The notes under the pieces were generated by a model that saw nothing but the letters and a program-made list of their open reading frames with translations, made no database searches and was not told where the DNA came from. From IMG/VR virus record IMGVR_UViG_3300037325_000137, positions 1-64,000 of that record: a stretch of 64,000 nucleotides of DNA; one strand, written 5' to 3'. Shown here in pieces: positions 9,641-18,251 of the stretch (position 1 is its first letter; every line of letters begins with the position of its first letter). Origin of the DNA: a virus. The position numbers and the translations under genes are program-made.

Positions 9641-11344
9641 TTATTGTTTACTTATTATTTGCCAGTACGTTCCCGTATTTATAACTGTATAAATATCCCC
9701 AGATCCTAAAGTTAACGAGGTTGCATTGTCTGTCTTTACTTGTCTTATTTGCTGAGAACTAGAAGTTGCTATGGTAATAGTATTAGTAGCGTCGTAAGCT
9801 ATTACAGTATATTTTTTACCTACTGGCACACTTGCTAAAGTTGGCAAAATTACTGATACCGCCTGACTAGCTGCATCTATAATTACCTCACTATTTGATA
9901 ATGTTAAAGTTATGTCTTCTATTATTGTTATTAACGGAGATAAAAATGAGTTTGCTTTAATATTTCCAACCACTTCAATTTTTTCCGTTGCCACTGTAAT
10001 TCCTAACCCAATATTCCCACTTGGGGATATAGTCATGTTATTAGTGCTTGCGTGTGATAAATTAAATCCTATATAAGCGTAACTGTAAACTGTTCCGTTT
10101 CCAAATATTCCAATATTAAAAGGGTCATCTAAAGAATTTGTGTTAACCCCTTGAATAACATTTCTAGCATAACCACCAGACGGAAAAGATATAATTTTTC
10201 TAAACCCATTATTTCCTGATGAATTATTGGCAATATCCAAAATACTTGTAAAAGAAGTGTTTGCAGATACTGTTTGTCCCGCACCTGATTTTTGTACTGA
10301 ATTATCTGCTAAAACACCTTGCGCTTCTGTTGCTACTTCCGAAATAAATGCAACCTCTTTAAATGCGCTACCATCGTGTATATGCATTGCTGCGTTTTCG
10401 TCTAGCATTACCGAGCCTTTAACCGCATTGGTAATAGTAGATAATGCAGCGGTGAAGAACTTTTGCATACCGTTTTTAAATAGCGTGTAGGCGTCTGATC
10501 TTGCTCCTGCGTTAGTTCCTCTCCCATAATTAACAAGTCTGTCCAAAGCGTTAAATGAAAAGGCACTTTGTGGCGTGTAATCAGTGCCAAAGGATCCTGC
10601 TGAATGTTCACTATATGACCTTGCACGATTTCCATATCCCTGTGCGTGTGATTGGTTTCCGCTTGCTATAGTGTCATATCCCTCTGCGTGTGACATATCT
10701 CCACTTGCTAAAGTGTTAAATCCTTCTGCGTGAGACCTTAGACCACTTGCCACTGTTTCTTGTCCTTCGGCATGTGAAATAGAGCCACTTGCCAGCGTAG
10801 TTTGACCTTCTGCGTGAGAGTTTAGACCACTTGCCCTGCTTCCTAATCCTTGTGCGTGTGAATATTCGCCAGTTGCCTTACTTCCTGATCCCTCTGCATG
10901 TGATGCTATACCGCTTGCGGTTGTGTTTACTCCTTCTGCGTGCGAATTATTTCCATTTGCGCCTTTAGTGGTGCTTGCTTGCGTTTGAATACTTAAATCA
11001 ACTGCATTATCACCTATGTCACCATGGTTTGAAGGATTTTCACTTTTTAATCTAAAACCAGTATTACCGCCTTCGGTTACTTCAATAAGCTGTCCTCTAG
11101 ACCCTAACTCATTTTCACTAATAAAAGGATTGACTCCATCTTCTCCATCGTTTGTAAACTCTGACGTTGCTGTTGGTATCGTTACATCTTCTGGTTGCAA
11201 AGCGGTGTCTGCTATTGCACCTTGTGCTGCGGTTGCATAGTCACTACTATTAAATGGACAACATACAGGATATAGGTTTGCTGTAGTTATGTTTAAAATA
11301 CCCTTACCTACGTCTACTAGCCTATATTTTTTTTTCACTTCCAT
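9641..11344 (-). CDS. Tail fibre / receptor-binding protein with YadA-head-like repeats
   Basis: About 8 tandem 14-aa ASG..SHAEG repeats; GNIGLG..TEKIEVVGNIKA fibre motif. Confidence 0.75.
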   Translation of the reverse strand: MEVKKKYRLVDVGKGILNITTANLYPVCCPFNSSDYATAAQGAIADTALQPEDVTIPTATSEFTNDGEDGVNPFISENELGSRGQLIEVTEGGNTGFRLKSENPSNHGDIGDNAVDLSIQTQASTTKGANGNNSHAEGVNTTASGIASHAEGSGSKATGEYSHAQGLGSRASGLNSHAEGQTTLASGSISHAEGQETVASGLRSHAEGFNTLASGDMSHAEGYDTIASGNQSHAQGYGNRARSYSEHSAGSFGTDYTPQSAFSFNALDRLVNYGRGTNAGARSDAYTLFKNGMQKFFTAALSTITNAVKGSVMLDENAAMHIHDGSAFKEVAFISEVATEAQGVLADNSVQKSGAGQTVSANTSFTSILDIANNSSGNNGFRKIISFPSGGYARNVIQGVNTNSLDDPFNIGIFGNGTVYSYAYIGFNLSHASTNNMTISPSGNIGLGITVATEKIEVVGNIKANSFLSPLITIIEDITLTLSNSEVIIDAASQAVSVILPTLASVPVGKKYTVIAYDATNTITIATSSSQQIRQVKTDNATSLTLGSGDIYTVINTGTYWQIISKQ

Positions 11345-11346
11345 AA

Positions 11347-11946
11347 CTACGCTTTAGTATATTGTACCACTATTCTGTAAGGTGGTACAGGTTCTAGGTT
11401 TGTAACTATACCATTCTCGTCTAAAATTATATCTAAATCTTTGTTTAAATCACCTCTTTCTAAACTGATGGTTGTAAATGTTTGAATTTCTAAGCTATTT
11501 ATTGTGAATGAAAATGCAGGTATAACTTGTGTAGTGTTGTCTACAAATTTAATTAGAGAAACCCCAGTATCAATTATATCTACAACATCACCATCGACAA
11601 GCCCGTTTAAAATAGATGATTGACCATCATTGTTAATAGCAAATGTGCCTGAACCATCTGCTCCACCGTTTATAGAGTATTGTAAAACAACCTGTAAACT
11701 CCTAAAAACTCTAGGAAACTTTAGAGTTGTATAGTTCAGTATTATATTATAATCTGTTACTTGTTTAGGAGAGGTATTAATCTTTGTTTTAGCTCTATCT
11801 AAGTTTGTAAAGAAAGGTGCTATTGATCTAGTTGAAAACGGAGCTGATACTGCTGTCATTTCTTTTTCTACTTGGTAAACTTGTTGACCATCCCATGTTA
11901 ATCCTGTTATAAGAGTTTCTACTCCTTCTAATATATCTAATGCCAT
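11347..11946 (-). CDS. Putative tail protein
   Basis: Position in the tail cluster; beta-rich. Confidence 0.5.
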   Translation of the reverse strand: MALDILEGVETLITGLTWDGQQVYQVEKEMTAVSAPFSTRSIAPFFTNLDRAKTKINTSPKQVTDYNIILNYTTLKFPRVFRSLQVVLQYSINGGADGSGTFAINNDGQSSILNGLVDGDVVDIIDTGVSLIKFVDNTTQVIPAFSFTINSLEIQTFTTISLERGDLNKDLDIILDENGIVTNLEPVPPYRIVVQYTKA

Positions 11947-11956
11947 AATATTTTTT

Positions 11957-12985
11957 TTAACTAATTGTTATTATTCCTCCGAACGCATTTATTGTTTCTG
12001 GTGCTGCTACCTCTGAATAATCAATCCAAACTTCCGAATCTTGTGTTTGTTTATCGTAATTTAATTGATTAACATAGTTTACTATCTGATCTTCTATTGT
12101 AGCTCCTGCTACGCCATCTAAATCTAAATTATTTATATAAATAGTTCTAGAAAAATTATCATCCCTTTCACTTAATTGTTGCAATGCTTCTTGAACATTA
12201 ACTGCTGTAAGGTCGGTTATAGAGTCTAACAAAATATTTACTGCTCTAGGTGTAGTAGTATTTGAAGGGTTAGATTCATCTTCAACTAGTAAAAAATCTC
12301 CTTCAACGGTTGTTAAACCTCCTTGACCATAAGTTCCAACGTCTCCTATAAACCTATAAGTTCTACTAGGTGTTACGCTACCTTGTGAAGGATCTATAAA
12401 TCTACTCCTTATAACAAAATAAGTGTCTCTGTTGTTTATAATTTCGTAGCTCGAAGATGAAGAGTTAACAGCTATTGAAGGAAATGCTATATCTGTAATT
12501 GTTGTAATAAACTCTACCTTTGGAGGTAAGTTAGATGTAGTAAGTAATTGCGCTCTTTGTTGCGCTCTTAAAAAAAAGAAGTCACTTGATGTTGTGGTAG
12601 TTCCAGAATTTAAACCATAAGTTCCTTTACCTGATTTAAGCATCCACCATTCAACTCTAAAAGCAAATGAACCTGCGCTTTCTTGAACCGTATAAGTGTT
12701 AGATATTACATATATTTCAGAAGATGAAACGGTAAAAATTGTAGAGTTATTTACTGCATCTTGTATGTTAGAAAATACTGAGTTTAAACCTTGTAAAGCT
12801 TGAAGTTCTACAATTTTATTATTTTGATCTAAGTCTTTTATTGTTGAAAAAACATATTCCGCTATAGCTGAAACAGGGAAGTTTTTAGTCCTGTTATTTT
12901 GATCACCGTCAGTACCTATAACAAAATCATTCTCTGTTATTAAAACATCTTTAGGGTATCTTTCTGTATTTTTTATTTTAGCCAT
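11957..12985 (-). CDS. Putative tail fibre adaptor/structural protein
   Basis: MAKIK...YP...NDFVIGTDG...TKNF N-terminus; NVQEALQQL fibre motif. Confidence 0.6.
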   Translation of the reverse strand: MAKIKNTERYPKDVLITENDFVIGTDGDQNNRTKNFPVSAIAEYVFSTIKDLDQNNKIVELQALQGLNSVFSNIQDAVNNSTIFTVSSSEIYVISNTYTVQESAGSFAFRVEWWMLKSGKGTYGLNSGTTTTSSDFFFLRAQQRAQLLTTSNLPPKVEFITTITDIAFPSIAVNSSSSSYEIINNRDTYFVIRSRFIDPSQGSVTPSRTYRFIGDVGTYGQGGLTTVEGDFLLVEDESNPSNTTTPRAVNILLDSITDLTAVNVQEALQQLSERDDNFSRTIYINNLDLDGVAGATIEDQIVNYVNQLNYDKQTQDSEVWIDYSEVAAPETINAFGGIITIS

Positions 12986-13011
12986 TACGGTTTATTGTTG
13001 TGTAAATTTAA

Positions 13012-13551
13012 TTAAAAGAAACTATAATTTATTCCTATTAGGTAAACAGGTTTTTCTAAAGGAGCAAAAGTTGGTCTAGCTATTAAATTGAATTTACCTG
13101 TTATTGGAATCCTTAAATTAACCTCAAATCTGTAAAGACTAAATTCTTTTACATCGCTAATTAATGATCCAGACAAGTGGCTATTGTTTGATAAGTCTTT
13201 CCAATATTCAGTAATGAAATCATTTGCTTCTGCTAAATCATCTGTTGCTTGGTTTTGATCTTCTATAGCTTCTGATTGGTTAGATAATGCGTCAGCTTGT
13301 CTTTCGGCTATCTTAAATATCCTATCTACTAATTTTTTGTTTCTACTGTTTAAAGAGTCTATAGCAATTCTTAATAATAGGTTGTTGTCTAGCAATGAAT
13401 CTCTTTCAATAATTAAGAAATGATGTGCTTGTGCTGCATCATTTGATATTTTGAAGCTGTCTTTGTTTAGTCTCTCTATATCTGTTTGCGGATTTTGTGA
13501 TAGACTTAATAACGGTAGCATCATCAGCATTAATAAATACAAGTGTCTCAT
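13012..13551 (-). CDS. Secreted coiled-coil protein (spanin-like outer component?)
   Basis: Signal peptide, coiled coil, beta-rich C-terminus ending YSFF; overlaps 13439..13834. Confidence 0.45.
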   Translation of the reverse strand: MRHLYLLMLMMLPLLSLSQNPQTDIERLNKDSFKISNDAAQAHHFLIIERDSLLDNNLLLRIAIDSLNSRNKKLVDRIFKIAERQADALSNQSEAIEDQNQATDDLAEANDFITEYWKDLSNNSHLSGSLISDVKEFSLYRFEVNLRIPITGKFNLIARPTFAPLEKPVYLIGINYSFF

Positions 13552-13834
13552 AATATATAGGTATTTTAACAGGTGGTTTTTTTTGCTCTTTAGATAGTAA
13601 ACTGTAAAGTTCTTTTGTTAACCTACTTAGAGAATCGTTTTCTGATTTTATTTTTAGATTACTTTCTTTTTGTAACTCTAAAGCAACTTCCTTATTTGCT
13701 TTAGCTTGTTTAAGCATATCTTCATTATTGTTTGAATTATTCCACCTTGTAAATAAATAAAACAACAAGATAAGCAATACTATAAATGCTACTCCATATA
13801 CTATTATCTTGTTTTCCTTAAAGTTGAAAGTCAT
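13439..13834 (-). CDS. N-terminal TM coiled-coil protein (i-spanin-like)
   Basis: Single TM plus coiled coil, directly after the endolysin. Confidence 0.5.
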   Translation of the reverse strand: MTFNFKENKIIVYGVAFIVLLILLFYLFTRWNNSNNNEDMLKQAKANKEVALELQKESNLKIKSENDSLSRLTKELYSLLSKEQKKPPVKIPIYYETLVFINADDATVIKSITKSANRYRETKQRQLQNIK

Positions 13835-14550
13835 TATATAGATTTTAGCATTTGTATTAATTCTGGTTGTGGAAAAACATCGTCTTTGTCTTGTCTGTAA
13901 CTACCATGAGTCCACAGACCACTTTCTCCTTCTAAAGCATCTTTAGATACTTCAAATATTCTATCTCCTTTGTAAGATGTGTCTATTCCGTATTCTTCAT
14001 TCCAATGAATCAAAAGTTTTCTAGTTACTTCTAATTGCTTATCTGTATATGATTCAAAGTAATATTGACCTTTATATGGTTTGTCTAGTTTAGTTACTAA
14101 ACCATTATCTATTTTTTCATTAGTCCATGAGTAGAAACTATTTCCTTTTTTAGTCAATCTTCCCCATGAATCTAATTCACATTGTACTGCTTGCTCGTTT
14201 AAAATTTCGTTATTAGCAACATATATTTTACCATTATCATATTTTCTAAATATTCTTTTCACACCTAAATTATCAAAATCTTTAATTTTAACACCTAGAG
14301 CATGCGCCCAATACTTACTATCAAATATGGTTGATATATCTCCATTTCTTTGAGTTGCAATACATGTAGCAACCCTTTGTTTGTTTGACTTCCACCAGTT
14401 AATATCGCCTTTAGCTGATTGACCACTAGCCATGTGATGAAGTATAACAGTTTTCTTTTCTGTTTGTATTTTATAGTATTGATCATCTGGAAAGTTATAA
14501 TCTATAACTTTATGACCTTTCCATTCCCATTCCCTTTTTATAGTACTCAT
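13834..14550 (-). CDS. Endolysin, N-acetylmuramoyl-L-alanine amidase (Amidase_2-like)
   Basis: VILHH..., WAHALG, YTDKQLE, THGSYRQDKDDVFP Zn-amidase pattern. Confidence 0.85.
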   Translation of the reverse strand: MSTIKREWEWKGHKVIDYNFPDDQYYKIQTEKKTVILHHMASGQSAKGDINWWKSNKQRVATCIATQRNGDISTIFDSKYWAHALGVKIKDFDNLGVKRIFRKYDNGKIYVANNEILNEQAVQCELDSWGRLTKKGNSFYSWTNEKIDNGLVTKLDKPYKGQYYFESYTDKQLEVTRKLLIHWNEEYGIDTSYKGDRIFEVSKDALEGESGLWTHGSYRQDKDDVFPQPELIQMLKSI

Positions 14551-14554
14551 ATTA

Positions 14555-15268
14555 TTAAACTTTAGTTATATAAACACTCAATGAGCTATACTCGTAAATA
14601 CCTTCAAAAGAATGTATTTCATTTGCTTTAATTCTTATAACATCACCTTCGATATATATTTTATTTGTCACTAAGCATTTTATTTTCCCTGAATCAACAC
14701 GTATGTATTCATCTGCGTTACTATGAAATTGTGGTGTAAAAACACCTCCCATTTTCAGATACGCATTAAAGAAATGTGTTAAATTAAAAGGGCATGATCT
14801 TTTAATAATAGCTTCTTTTCCGTTCTTGCTTACATATAGTCTGTTTATATTAAAAACACTAAAATCATCCCAAGAAACATTTTCAGCTTCGTCCAAAGGT
14901 TTTTTTTTGCTAAATGCTAAAATATTTAAAGTTTTTTCTTCTTTTTTTGAAAAAGTTAATTCTTTTTTAATTAGCCTATGTAAACTAAATACATTCTCTT
15001 TTTTTTCTTTTGCTAACATGTAAAAAGCATTTGCTGCTCCCATTAAAAATATGATCATAAAAGGAAATCTTTTTGACATTGATTCTAAATTAGAAGTCTG
15101 CTCAATCAAAAAACCTATACCTGCTATTAAAGGAATTATCATGATCCAAAAGTTTTTTTTGTCCATTCCTTTTTTTGCTTTTATTAAAAAAAATACACTT
15201 CTTAATAATAATGCCACTACTAAAAAATGTGGTATTAAGTATATCATTTCGTTGTTAATCCAGTCCAT
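14555..15268 (-). CDS. Membrane protein with C-terminal cupin domain
   Basis: 3 TM helices, then FH...EYIRV.SG...GDVIRI.AN.IH. Confidence 0.65.
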   Translation of the reverse strand: MDWINNEMIYLIPHFLVVALLLRSVFFLIKAKKGMDKKNFWIMIIPLIAGIGFLIEQTSNLESMSKRFPFMIIFLMGAANAFYMLAKEKKENVFSLHRLIKKELTFSKKEEKTLNILAFSKKKPLDEAENVSWDDFSVFNINRLYVSKNGKEAIIKRSCPFNLTHFFNAYLKMGGVFTPQFHSNADEYIRVDSGKIKCLVTNKIYIEGDVIRIKANEIHSFEGIYEYSSLSVYITKV

Positions 15269-15569
15269 TTTCCTTTATCTTTTTAGTTAATTTGTTTTTT
15301 ATAATTTCTGGCAACTTTTCAATAATTAATGTTACCAAGTCAACACTTATTAGACCTCCTAATATTCCAGAAAAACCTAACCAATTCTCTTTGTCGTAGT
15401 TAATAGCTAATTCATAGCATAAATAACCTATAGCTAGAGAACATGCGTATATTAAAAAGATCTTTCTGTTTTTGATTCTTTCTTTTTCGTTTTCATGTAG
15501 TATTCTTACTATTGCACCTATACTAGATGTGATTAAAACTATCAAGATTGAATTTATATTTATTTCCAT
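15255..15569 (-). CDS. Putative holin
   Basis: 3 TM helices, basic C-terminus, lysis-cluster position. Confidence 0.6.
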   Translation of the reverse strand: MEININSILIVLITSSIGAIVRILHENEKERIKNRKIFLIYACSLAIGYLCYELAINYDKENWLGFSGILGGLISVDLVTLIIEKLPEIIKNKLTKKIKENGLD

Positions 15570-15773
15570 TTAATTTTGGTTCTTTCTTTTTTTTAAAAAT
15601 GACTCTTTTAATTTTATTAAAGATACAGTCATTATAACTCCGCTAATTGTTATGAGTAATAAATCTAATATATTCAATGCGTGAGCTTCTTTTACTGTTA
15701 AATTTACGTTCCATCCCATTATACCAGAACTTATTATAAGTATAACTATGTTTTTTATAATAGATATTATCAT
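15570..15773 (-). CDS. Small 2-TM protein (holin/antiholin-like)
   Basis: Two TM helices, basic tail. Confidence 0.5.
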   Translation of the reverse strand: MIISIIKNIVILIISSGIMGWNVNLTVKEAHALNILDLLLITISGVIMTVSLIKLKESFLKKRKNQN

Positions 15774-15779
15774 TTTAAA

Positions 15780-18185
15780 TTATTGTACTTGTTGTTGATT
15801 TGAAAATATATTATTAATTGATTTATCAAAATTAGGGTCAGTGCCACTTTTTCTCTGCTCTATTAACTTAGATTGGTTTCCTGCTCTTTGATCTTCTCTA
15901 TCGTCTTTTTTACCTTCTTGGTATGTAAGTTTGTTGGCGATTATTTGAGATTCTAATTCTATTTGCTCTAACTTTCTAATATGCTGCTCTTGTGCTAAAG
16001 CGTTTTCAGTCAAAGATTTTTTTCTAAAATGATTGTCATCTAGTTCGCTTTTTAATCTTGCTAAAGTCATTTCAGCATCTAACTCAATGGCTCTAGTTTG
16101 CTGTTTTGCTTGTTCGCTTTTAACACTAGTTTCAGCTTGCGCTTGTGCTTGTGCTTGTGTAAACCTTATTTGTGACTGTTCTTTTTTTATAGAGTTTTCT
16201 TCTACAACTATTTCCATATACTTAATAGCGTTTTTAACGTTTCGTATATTTCTAGTTTTAATATATTGAGGTGCTGTTATTTCTCCTTTACTATAAGAGT
16301 CTATTAAAGCTTGCTCAAAATCTAATCTTTGCTTGTCGTCTGGCTCAAAGTCAAAGTATATACCGAATCTACGCATAGAGAGGTTTTTGATTTCTTCTAA
16401 AACCTCTACATTACCTCTTCCGATAATGCTCATGTACATATCTTTTAATGCAGGAGTAGAAAGTACATCGTAAAGTCTGTGCGAAATGGCTGTTGCAAAC
16501 TTTAAAGAGATAGCAAAACTTGCTTTTACAAGATGATTGGTAGCGTTGTTTGAACTAGCTAGTAGTATTTTACGGACTGCAACTGCGGTTCTGTCTGATT
16601 TAGCTGTGCCATCACGCACTTCATTAATTCCTAATAATTGTCTTAGACGACCTAAATTATTAGATATTTCAACCGATAAGAAATTAAGGCTTGTATTGTT
16701 AACACCTCCGTTATTTTCTGTAATAGCTCTATTCATAGCGTCACCATCATCGTTTGTTCCTCTCTTTAAAAGAAGTCCACGACCAAAAAACATATTAAGC
16801 AAGTCTTGTGGCGTAACTTTATCAGCTCCTAACATAACATCATTAAGAGCGTCTGCATCTATTTCTACTGTGTTTGGTCTGAGTTCTCTTTTTAATTGTT
16901 GGAACTTAAACCAATCTGTTTGCAAGTCGTCTAATATAGGAATTGCTCTAGCGATCATAGAATCAAACCTTACGTTTCCTGTTTCTGAGTTTCTTTTTAC
17001 TTTAGGTGCGTAAATAATGAATGGCGACATAGCATTATTTATACCTTCGTCAACTTGGTTTTCTATAACACTCCATTGCACACATTCTTCTGCTTTAGGA
17101 ACGTATATACCTTCAAACCAAACATTATAAGGAATTTCTAACTTCTTGTTGGGGTTATTAGGTTTGTATTCTGTGTCTCTACCTTCATCATCTGTCCTAT
17201 CAATAAGTATTGTAGACTTATTGACTCTTTGCTTTTTATAAGCCCTACTTAAAGATGTTTTATAGGCGTAAGAAACCCATTCATATAACCTCTCTTCGTC
17301 TTCTTGATTGGTGTATTGCTCGTTAATTCTTGTTTTATGAGTATTGTCTAGCTTCTTAGCTTTCTCTATTATCCTTTGCTTTTGATCTTCTGGCAAGCCA
17401 CCGCATTCAGCTTCTAACTCTGCTAAAGTTCCTTCATTCCAAATTCCATGATAACGTATATCTCTACCGTCATCATACTCAAAAGTACTGTTAACATAAT
17501 CATAAGCGTCTACGTATTTAGTGATTATACCTTCGTTTTTAGAAGTAAAATGTCTTCCTACACCAAAACCTAAATCAAATAAATCTTCGTTTATTTTATC
17601 TTTAACTTTTTCAAAGTCTTGATGTTTTATAACTTCTTCGATAGCCAGCTCTTGTGCCAACTCTATCATAGGCTTATACTCTAGTTTTTTTATGCTTAAA
17701 TCGTCTTGGGTATTAGGGGTGTTTGGATCTGTTAAATCAAGACCTATATTTTTACTTACTTGCGCTGTAATGTCTTTAGTTAAAAATGCTTTCTCTAGTT
17801 TTTTGAAATAGTTTTTCTTTTCATCTACACCTAATTCATCTATTGCTTCTGCTCTAGGTTTAAACAAAGTTTCATCTATTGGATTAATAACTAAATCTTT
17901 AAAAGTAGACATCACTTTAAGAATCTTATCATACTCAATTTTGTGAGTCTTTACATCTTTTTTATAATTCTTACCTTCAATTACAAGTCTGTAATCTGTT
18001 TTTTGCTCACCTCTAGAATAAGAACGCATTTTTTGAATCCATTCTCTTCTAAAGGATAAAGCTCCGTTGTTTCCCCATTGGGAATAAATAGCTTCACCAA
18101 CTTCTTTTCCAAAATCACGGTCTAATTTTTCAGCATTGGACTGATTATCATTTGGGAAATTATTATTTTCAAGTAGGTTTGCCAT
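15780..18185 (-). CDS. Portal protein (crAss-like type)
   Basis: 801 aa next to the terminase; GINEVRDG motif; long C-terminal coiled coil. Confidence 0.85.
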   Translation of the reverse strand: MANLLENNNFPNDNQSNAEKLDRDFGKEVGEAIYSQWGNNGALSFRREWIQKMRSYSRGEQKTDYRLVIEGKNYKKDVKTHKIEYDKILKVMSTFKDLVINPIDETLFKPRAEAIDELGVDEKKNYFKKLEKAFLTKDITAQVSKNIGLDLTDPNTPNTQDDLSIKKLEYKPMIELAQELAIEEVIKHQDFEKVKDKINEDLFDLGFGVGRHFTSKNEGIITKYVDAYDYVNSTFEYDDGRDIRYHGIWNEGTLAELEAECGGLPEDQKQRIIEKAKKLDNTHKTRINEQYTNQEDEERLYEWVSYAYKTSLSRAYKKQRVNKSTILIDRTDDEGRDTEYKPNNPNKKLEIPYNVWFEGIYVPKAEECVQWSVIENQVDEGINNAMSPFIIYAPKVKRNSETGNVRFDSMIARAIPILDDLQTDWFKFQQLKRELRPNTVEIDADALNDVMLGADKVTPQDLLNMFFGRGLLLKRGTNDDGDAMNRAITENNGGVNNTSLNFLSVEISNNLGRLRQLLGINEVRDGTAKSDRTAVAVRKILLASSNNATNHLVKASFAISLKFATAISHRLYDVLSTPALKDMYMSIIGRGNVEVLEEIKNLSMRRFGIYFDFEPDDKQRLDFEQALIDSYSKGEITAPQYIKTRNIRNVKNAIKYMEIVVEENSIKKEQSQIRFTQAQAQAQAETSVKSEQAKQQTRAIELDAEMTLARLKSELDDNHFRKKSLTENALAQEQHIRKLEQIELESQIIANKLTYQEGKKDDREDQRAGNQSKLIEQRKSGTDPNFDKSINNIFSNQQQVQ

Positions 18186-18251
18186 TGTTTATATTCTAAT
18201 ATGTAAAAATAGCAATTGCTATTCTGTATTGTTGTTAATTTAGGTAATCAA

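Noticed and set aside
9641-11344. Diversity-generating retroelement target
   Set aside because: No reverse transcriptase or TR/VR pair seen; the repeats are ordinary coding repeats
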